DNA of 31,725 nt from a virus (taxonomy: Duplodnaviria > Caudoviricetes), in IMG/VR virus record IMGVR_UViG_3300008012_000096, positions 1 to 31,725 of that record; one strand, given 5' to 3'. Below, in pieces: positions 26,517 through 31,725 of the stretch (the stretch's first letter is position 1; the number at the start of each line of letters is the position of its first letter). Under the pieces are notes generated by a model. The model was not told the origin of the DNA. It made no database searches and was given only the letters and a program-made list of their open reading frames with translations. The position numbers were made by a program, and so were the translations under genes.

Positions 26517-27382
26517 AAAAATTCCTCTATACTCATTTGTTTTACTGTTATTTTTTCTTTCTTTTTGGGCTTTTTCTTTTCTCCCAAATTAAGAAGCCTA
26601 CACTCGCTATGAGATAGTTTCTTCTTGAAATGGTCTTTCAACATATTATCTTTACATAGTTGTTGAAAAACTCTAACATCTTTCACTTTCAGTTTTCTAG
26701 ATAAACTACGAAAGTTATCTTTGATTCTTTTATCTTCCTTTGCTTTATCAGTTCTAGGTTTTCCTCTAGGTATAACTGCTACGCCACCGCCTTCATGACA
26801 ATAGGCTAACATTTCATAAAAATACCTTTTATGCCACCTTCTCTTTACAGTAGAGTCTATCAAAATTAGCCTAGTCGGGTGTAATACTTGAACTAATAAA
26901 TTAAGAATGCTGTAATCTTTAGGCTCATTGTAAAGAAGCAAATCCTTAATCTTGTCTCTATTCTTGCTTTTCATAAAGGGATAGATTAATTCAAACTCTC
27001 CCTTTTCCATAAGCATCGGAGGTTCACTATTTGGTGCTACTTGTTTTATTTCGTTTTCTAAATGCTTAGTAGAACCTGCTAGTTTTACTTGGCACATCGA
27101 ATGAACCCACTTTACAGATTTCTTATTTATAGAAGTCAAAACCACTTGACCACGATACTGTCTTATGATATTCTTTATCATATCCTTTCGGGGCTTGTAA
27201 TGTATATCTTCTATGATAATACCCCTTTCCACAGGAAATGAACCTAAATCAAAATTTATTTCATCGCTACCATAGAAAATAATAGGGTCATTCACAAATG
27301 TTTTCGCTTTTGTTGTTTTTCCTGTCCCTGTTTTTCCTACTACCAATATTGCTCTTTTTTTATTTATATTTTTTAATCCCAT
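26513..27382 (-). CDS. rfcL: Degenerate RFC large subunit-like AAA+ protein
   Basis: Walker A 'ILVVGKTGTGKTT', altered Walker B 'IIIEDIH', Lys-rich linker and terminal PIP box QMSIEEFL. Confidence 0.7.
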   Translation of the reverse strand: MGLKNINKKRAILVVGKTGTGKTTKAKTFVNDPIIFYGSDEINFDLGSFPVERGIIIEDIHYKPRKDMIKNIIRQYRGQVVLTSINKKSVKWVHSMCQVKLAGSTKHLENEIKQVAPNSEPPMLMEKGEFELIYPFMKSKNRDKIKDLLLYNEPKDYSILNLLVQVLHPTRLILIDSTVKRRWHKRYFYEMLAYCHEGGGVAVIPRGKPRTDKAKEDKRIKDNFRSLSRKLKVKDVRVFQQLCKDNMLKDHFKKKLSHSECRLLNLGEKKKPKKKEKITVKQMSIEEFL

Positions 27383-27777
27383 TATAAAACTCCCTTTATT
27401 TTCATTATTGTTTCTAATCCGTTTAATTGTTTATGCTTGCCTTCTATTATGATTTTTAGTGCTTGTTTAAAACCCTCTAACTTATCGTTAGCATCAGGTA
27501 AATCTGGAATTAGTGCAATTGTGTTAGTTATGTTATTTAACCCAGTTATTTTTAATATAGGTCTTGGGCTATTATTGGATTCTTTTTCTTTTATATTACA
27601 ATCCACTAAATGCTGTTTCAAAGAACGGCTGATTGCTTCTAAGAAACTCATGTTTCCTCTTATTATTATTTTAGGGCTTATCCTATATCCTATGGAAAAC
27701 CTGTTGTTTTCTTGAATAGAAACTGAAAAATTGCCTTTGCTCAATAAGATTCCTACTATCATATCTTTACTATACAT
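27382..27777 (-). CDS. Single-motif LAGLIDADG-fold protein, probably catalytically inactive
   Basis: 'MIVGILLSKGNFSVSI...IGYRISPKIII...FLEAI', late 'H....GLE.I..IK'; acidic active-site residues missing; start refined from track 27786. Confidence 0.68.
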   Translation of the reverse strand: MYSKDMIVGILLSKGNFSVSIQENNRFSIGYRISPKIIIRGNMSFLEAISRSLKQHLVDCNIKEKESNNSPRPILKITGLNNITNTIALIPDLPDANDKLEGFKQALKIIIEGKHKQLNGLETIMKIKGVL

Positions 27778-28132
27778 GACTATCACACAAATGATATCCT
27801 AAATATTCGTTCTTAAACCTCAAGAAATCTAATCCGTCTGCCACTAATTTCTTAATTGTATCTTCTATCATTAGAACTTCTCCACCGAAAACAAAAGAAA
27901 CACTCGTTCCTTGAAATGATTTCATAGCAACGGCCTTTTCTTCATCAATTTCATCAGTTACAATTAGCATGGGACAAGGATAACTTTGCTTATCTTTTAG
28001 CAATTGAAACATTACTCCTCTCATTAACATAGTAACATCCTCTTCTTTTATTATTCCATAAACTATGAAATTGAAACTAGTAGCGTTACCATACAAATCT
28101 ATCCATTCAATGATAGTTTCATCATCATACAT
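27770..28132 (-). CDS. Hypothetical protein
   Basis: 120-aa ORF in operon with GGAG SD. Confidence 0.65.
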   Translation of the reverse strand: MYDDETIIEWIDLYGNATSFNFIVYGIIKEEDVTMLMRGVMFQLLKDKQSYPCPMLIVTDEIDEEKAVAMKSFQGTSVSFVFGGEVLMIEDTIKKLVADGLDFLRFKNEYLGYHLCDSHV

Positions 28133-28137
28133 GGCAA

Positions 28138-28575
28138 TTACTCCTTAAAGAATACTTCATTATCCTTCCAATATCCTCTAGGTAAATTGTTTGTTTCTAG
28201 CCAAAAGAGGTCTGCGGCTGTTATTCGTTTCTTACCACGACTTATAGCATTTTTCTCACCGTTTGCTATTAGATTAGCAACTGCGGTATCTACCCATTCT
28301 ACTAAAAACCGCTTTGCTGTATTCGATACTGTCATGTCTGTGCTTTCTTTTACAATCTTAGATATGTTTATTCTAGTTACCATCCTTTTCTTCTTCGGTT
28401 GTTCCGGAACAATCAATTCATTGTCCTTGATATAAGGACAAAGTTCTCTTTTTTGCACTAATGCTCTACCTTTGTCATGTAATATGTTTTTTAGATAAAC
28501 ATTATCATCACTATCTATTCTAATACAACGGTATGTCGTTGTGCCTATTATTGTCATATCTCCTACTTCTATCAT
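28138..28575 (-). CDS. Histone-fold protein with an N-terminal beta domain
   Basis: C-terminal 'ISKIVKE...TVSNTA...A..RGKKRITAADL' aligns without gaps to the archaeal HMf-type histone fold as recalled. Confidence 0.75.
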   Translation of the reverse strand: MIEVGDMTIIGTTTYRCIRIDSDDNVYLKNILHDKGRALVQKRELCPYIKDNELIVPEQPKKKRMVTRINISKIVKESTDMTVSNTAKRFLVEWVDTAVANLIANGEKNAISRGKKRITAADLFWLETNNLPRGYWKDNEVFFKE

Positions 28576-30104
28576 TCTAATGCCTCCACATCTTGTAGAG
28601 TATTAATATCAGCAACGAATTTATCATCTCTAATTCTAATACATCTTGGGAATCTTAAGCCTAGATTATTATTCTCATCTCTAGAAACTAAATCAGCAGT
28701 AACTTCTAGAATAACTTTAGGTGCTAACTCAAATGTTTTATTTTCAAAGGAAATAACATTTCTTCTTAGTGTATTTGTTAGTTTGATTAAATCTTCATCA
28801 CTAAAGCCGGAACCTACACTACCAACTGAAACAAATTCAGTATCATTTTTAACTGCTATCTCAAATGTTCCAAATACATTTGACCTATTGCCTTGACCAT
28901 ATTTAGCCTTAACAATTACAACATCGAGATTTATTCTAGGTGGTTTATACTTAGCCCACCCGATACTTCGCTTTCCTGCTTCATAAGGTAGCGATGAATC
29001 TTTAACTATGATGCCTTCAAATCCATCATTAATGGCTTGGTTATAGAATGCTAATGTATCACCATCTTCGGCCATTCTGTGTGCTTGGTCGGGTAATTTA
29101 GACATTTTTAGCACTCTTTTAGAGTAAGGTAATTCCATTATAGTTTCTAATCCGATTTTTAGGCAATCAAAAATAACCCATTTAACAGGGACTTTTTCTC
29201 TTGCTTCTGCATGGTCTTTAGAGTGAACTCTTGTTCCCATTAGTTTATGTTCAGCAGGTGAACCATCATCTTTGATTGGATAAATCTCTCCATCTAGAAT
29301 ACAATCAATATAATATTCTCTAACTGATTCTACTACATCTTGGAATTGTTCTGTAACAATAGAACCTTTACGATTAAAGATAATTACATTATCTCCTTGC
29401 TTATGTATTTGGTATCTATTACCATCATACTTGTAATCTACAATTCTATTTGTTGGCCACTTATCCATAGGGACTTCTTTGGCTAGCATTGGTTTTACAA
29501 ATTTACCATGCGTTAAATTACATGGCGGGTCTTTTGACTGATTATAATGATACACTACTACATCTAAACTATTGAAATTCAAATGTTTCTTAACTTCTTT
29601 TACAGGTTTATTGTATTGCTTGGCCAGTATTTTAGTTACGATACCTTCATTGATTCCGTTTCTAGGTTTTCTAATCCAATATCTAACAAACCATTGTCTA
29701 GCATTAGCAGACATATTCGGTAGTATTTCTTCTAATAGTTTGAAGCAATTAGAATCAATAGTTCCGGTGTCCATTATTAATAAATCATAAACTTGTTTTA
29801 GAGAGTATTGTTTTTTACATTCTGCTGAAGGCTCTAAGTAATAAATAGCCGAACCTAAACAATTATGTGCGGCATAAAGACCATCAATTTCACTTTCAAA
29901 TACTTCGAAGATTTTTGCTAACCACTTTTTTGCTCTAGACAATCCAATATTATTGCTTGGTAAATTATCCTTATCTAGAATAGGTAATACTCTATTCGTC
30001 AGCAATCCGGAGTTTCTCAAACTTCTAACTATTCCATTTATTTGCTGTGTTTGTGCGATAGAATCATTTGATTCTAACATTCGGCTCATTATTTCCCATG
30101 TCAT
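28572..30104 (-). CDS. lig: ATP-dependent DNA ligase (archaeal type)
   Basis: 'KPMLA', 'KYDGNR', 'ILDGE', 'EGIIVK', 'WAKYK', 'VGSGFSD', 'LRFPR..RIR.DK'. Confidence 0.96.
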   Translation of the reverse strand: MTWEIMSRMLESNDSIAQTQQINGIVRSLRNSGLLTNRVLPILDKDNLPSNNIGLSRAKKWLAKIFEVFESEIDGLYAAHNCLGSAIYYLEPSAECKKQYSLKQVYDLLIMDTGTIDSNCFKLLEEILPNMSANARQWFVRYWIRKPRNGINEGIVTKILAKQYNKPVKEVKKHLNFNSLDVVVYHYNQSKDPPCNLTHGKFVKPMLAKEVPMDKWPTNRIVDYKYDGNRYQIHKQGDNVIIFNRKGSIVTEQFQDVVESVREYYIDCILDGEIYPIKDDGSPAEHKLMGTRVHSKDHAEAREKVPVKWVIFDCLKIGLETIMELPYSKRVLKMSKLPDQAHRMAEDGDTLAFYNQAINDGFEGIIVKDSSLPYEAGKRSIGWAKYKPPRINLDVVIVKAKYGQGNRSNVFGTFEIAVKNDTEFVSVGSVGSGFSDEDLIKLTNTLRRNVISFENKTFELAPKVILEVTADLVSRDENNNLGLRFPRCIRIRDDKFVADINTLQDVEALE

Positions 30105-30234
30105 CTATAATCACTTCCATATTATTATTTAATTTGATAACCACTTCTTTTAGAAGGCGGGATATCTCACCTTCATGTTTTTCGGAGTATGTCCACATAG
30201 CATTTGCTAAGTAAATCCATTCACTCTTCTTCAT
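30064..30234 (-). CDS. Small hypothetical protein
   Basis: MKKSEWIYLANAMW...; GGTGA SD; overlaps the ligase start. Confidence 0.55.
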   Translation of the reverse strand: MKKSEWIYLANAMWTYSEKHEGEISRLLKEVVIKLNNNMEVIIDDMGNNEPNVRIK

Positions 30235-30577
30235 TAGATTCACCATCTAAATTAACTAATAGCCGAACAAAGTTTCCTATCAGTTGTTCTACTACTTGGA
30301 CTTCTTCCAACTTATTTTGTTCAGCAAACCTATGTAACATATGTATCATAGTTGCTTGAGTAATAGCAGGAGCAAGCCTTGCTAAATCATTACTAGTATA
30401 TATTTCCCAATAACAAACAAAAGACGCTCTAACCAAATAATTACCACCGGAAACTTCTCCGTATGCTTGATTAAAAGCATCTAATGCAATCTCTTGTCCC
30501 TTTAGAGTCTTCTTTACTTTCTTAGCCCACTCATGAAATTTCTTATCATTGGTGGTAATCAAAAACAATTTATTCAT
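30221..30577 (-). CDS. Hypothetical helical protein
   Basis: In operon; GGTGA SD before ATG 30577 (track 30589). Confidence 0.65.
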   Translation of the reverse strand: MNKLFLITTNDKKFHEWAKKVKKTLKGQEIALDAFNQAYGEVSGGNYLVRASFVCYWEIYTSNDLARLAPAITQATMIHMLHRFAEQNKLEEVQVVEQLIGNFVRLLVNLDGESNEEE

Positions 30578-30851
30578 TTGTCTCACCATCCATAAATTCT
30601 CTCATGGCTTGGTAAAACTTACCATAGCATAATTCTACATGGTTAGGTTGAACTCTACAACCTCTTCCGCCACCCGCAGGTATTGTCATTTCTTGTTCTA
30701 CAAACTTAGCAAATAAATCTACTATCTTACTTGAGCAGGTAATAAATTTGGGTAATGCCCCTTGTCCGTATTGTCTTTCTTTGTTTGCTTTGCGAACACT
30801 TTTCTTTGCTTGCACTTCACTTATTCTTTTATGTATCTCTCTTTCTGTCAT
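30570..30851 (-). CDS. Probable second, divergent histone-fold protein (H2A-like loop motifs)
   Basis: Short helix - 'ERQYGQGA' - long helix - 'RVQPNHVELC' - helix. Confidence 0.5.
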   Translation of the reverse strand: MTEREIHKRISEVQAKKSVRKANKERQYGQGALPKFITCSSKIVDLFAKFVEQEMTIPAGGGRGCRVQPNHVELCYGKFYQAMREFMDGETNE

Positions 30852-31051
30852 TCCAATTCCTCTTTTAATATCTGTAATAGTAATTTTGCTTCATCTCTAT
30901 TTAGACGAAGACCTCTTATTGAGGGTTTATCATTTTCATGTTGCCTTATGTCTATTACATCGTAGACTGTCCATCTACCCTTTTTAACAACATATTCTAT
31001 CTTTTCATTTCTAATAATAGAACCTATTTTTTCTAGAGTCAATTCATCCAC
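30848..31051 (-). CDS. PC4/YdbC-like ssDNA-binding protein
   Basis: 'VIDIRQH...PSIRGLRLNRDEAKLLLQIL' matches the PC4-family DIR...KGI.L..E...L pattern. Confidence 0.7.
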   Translation of the reverse strand: MDELTLEKIGSIIRNEKIEYVVKKGRWTVYDVIDIRQHENDKPSIRGLRLNRDEAKLLLQILKEELE

Positions 31052-31437
31052 CCCTGTTTGAATTTATCTAATTCACTTCTAGACTTGAAGTATCTTGGGG
31101 ATTCTAAAGAATCTAATCTATTTACTACCCAACATGCCCCACCTAAAGAAGATACTTGGACTATCTCATACTGTCCTTCATTAACAACAATTACTTCTTG
31201 AGTGTTAATTTCAGGAACTAATCCATACATTCTAGTTATCTCTCCCGCTATATCATGTATATTATCTACAACATACTTCACAATATGCGCTCTTTGTATT
31301 GGTATTTTTGGGGCTACATCTATTTTTAGTGTTCCCGTCATTTTACAAACATGGCACTTATTGCCTTCACAAATAGGACATTTAATTTGTGATTTATGGG
31401 GAGCAGGTAATGTCACTGTTACGGCTTTCTTTTTCAT
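31039..31437 (-). CDS. Hypothetical protein with DnaJ-type CxxCxG zinc motif
   Basis: 'CPICEGNKCHVCKMTG'. Confidence 0.65.
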   Translation of the reverse strand: MKKKAVTVTLPAPHKSQIKCPICEGNKCHVCKMTGTLKIDVAPKIPIQRAHIVKYVVDNIHDIAGEITRMYGLVPEINTQEVIVVNEGQYEIVQVSSLGGACWVVNRLDSLESPRYFKSRSELDKFKQGWMN

Positions 31438-31649
31438 TATTCATCACCTAAATGTTCATCTATAATCTGTTTAGCAATTTTATGTGCCTGTCTTAGAGTA
31501 TGACAATAACCATGATGTTCAATATCAAAAGAAGGGTCATCGCCTTCATAAAAAAATATTTTTAGAAAGGGTTTGCTTACCTTATTTTCTGCGGATATTT
31601 CATAAGTTATTCCTCTATATTCTCCCTGCCAATCATCCGGTGTTATCAT
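31437..31649 (-). CDS. Small hypothetical protein
   Basis: 70 aa; coupled at both ends. Confidence 0.6.
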   Translation of the reverse strand: MITPDDWQGEYRGITYEISAENKVSKPFLKIFFYEGDDPSFDIEHHGYCHTLRQAHKIAKQIIDEHLGDE

Positions 31650-31723
31650 TTCTTTTCACTCTCCAAACAATATTTACATTTACCAAATCTTCTAGCATAA
31701 TATTCTTGCATGCTTCTCCAACA
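31646..31723 (-). CDS. 3' fragment of a Cys-rich micro-protein (runs off window)
   Basis: ...CWRSMQEYYARRFGKCKYCLESEKK* with ATGA overlap. Confidence 0.5.
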   Translation of the reverse strand, partial: CWRSMQEYYARRFGKCKYCLESEKK

Positions 31724-31725
31724 AG

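Noticed and set aside
27382-27786. Active homing endonuclease / mobile intron
   Set aside because: Catalytic acidic residues are absent and no host gene is interrupted
13325-31465. Plus-strand ORFs across the replication block (e.g. 15452-15838, 16086-16520, 19330-19716)
   Set aside because: Antisense shadows of motif-bearing minus-strand genes
1-31725. Stop-codon reassignment as an explanation for the split polB and the micro-ORFs
   Set aside because: Conserved genes are full length under the standard code, TGA, TAA and TAG all terminate genes, and the micro-ORFs lie in different frames

Overview
AT-rich segment of a tailed archaeal virus genome (Caudoviricetes), most consistent with the magroviruses that infect Marine Group II/Poseidoniales. 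This assignment is inferred from gene content and GGTGA-type Shine-Dalgarno sites, not from a database search. Two convergent blocks meet at a terminator region (11840-11908). The plus strand (1-11839) carries the end of a probable tape-measure gene, tail/baseplate genes including a 2105-aa protein, a tail fibre, a SAM-methyltransferase and a wHTH + membrane-peptide pair. The minus strand (11907-31725) is a tightly coupled archaeal-type replication/recombination cluster: ATP-dependent ligase, RFC small and degenerate large subunits, RPA-like SSB, Sak4/RecA-like ATPase, sliding clamp, split family-B polymerase, Cas4-like nuclease, PriS-PriL fusion primase, XPF nuclease, MCM/YfjI-like helicase and a DEDD exonuclease. 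The most notable observations are: (i) PolB is split just before motif C by a chain of seven coupled micro-genes bounded by a short direct repeat; (ii) two divergent histone-fold genes lie on either side of the ligase; (iii) an unlisted 47-aa TFS/TFIIS-like zinc ribbon with a DE dipeptide; (iv) a duplicated wHTH + transmembrane micro-protein module, one copy with a PIP-box-like motif; (v) a structured intergenic RNA that could switch ribosome-binding-site access. All protein calls come from motif recognition by eye.
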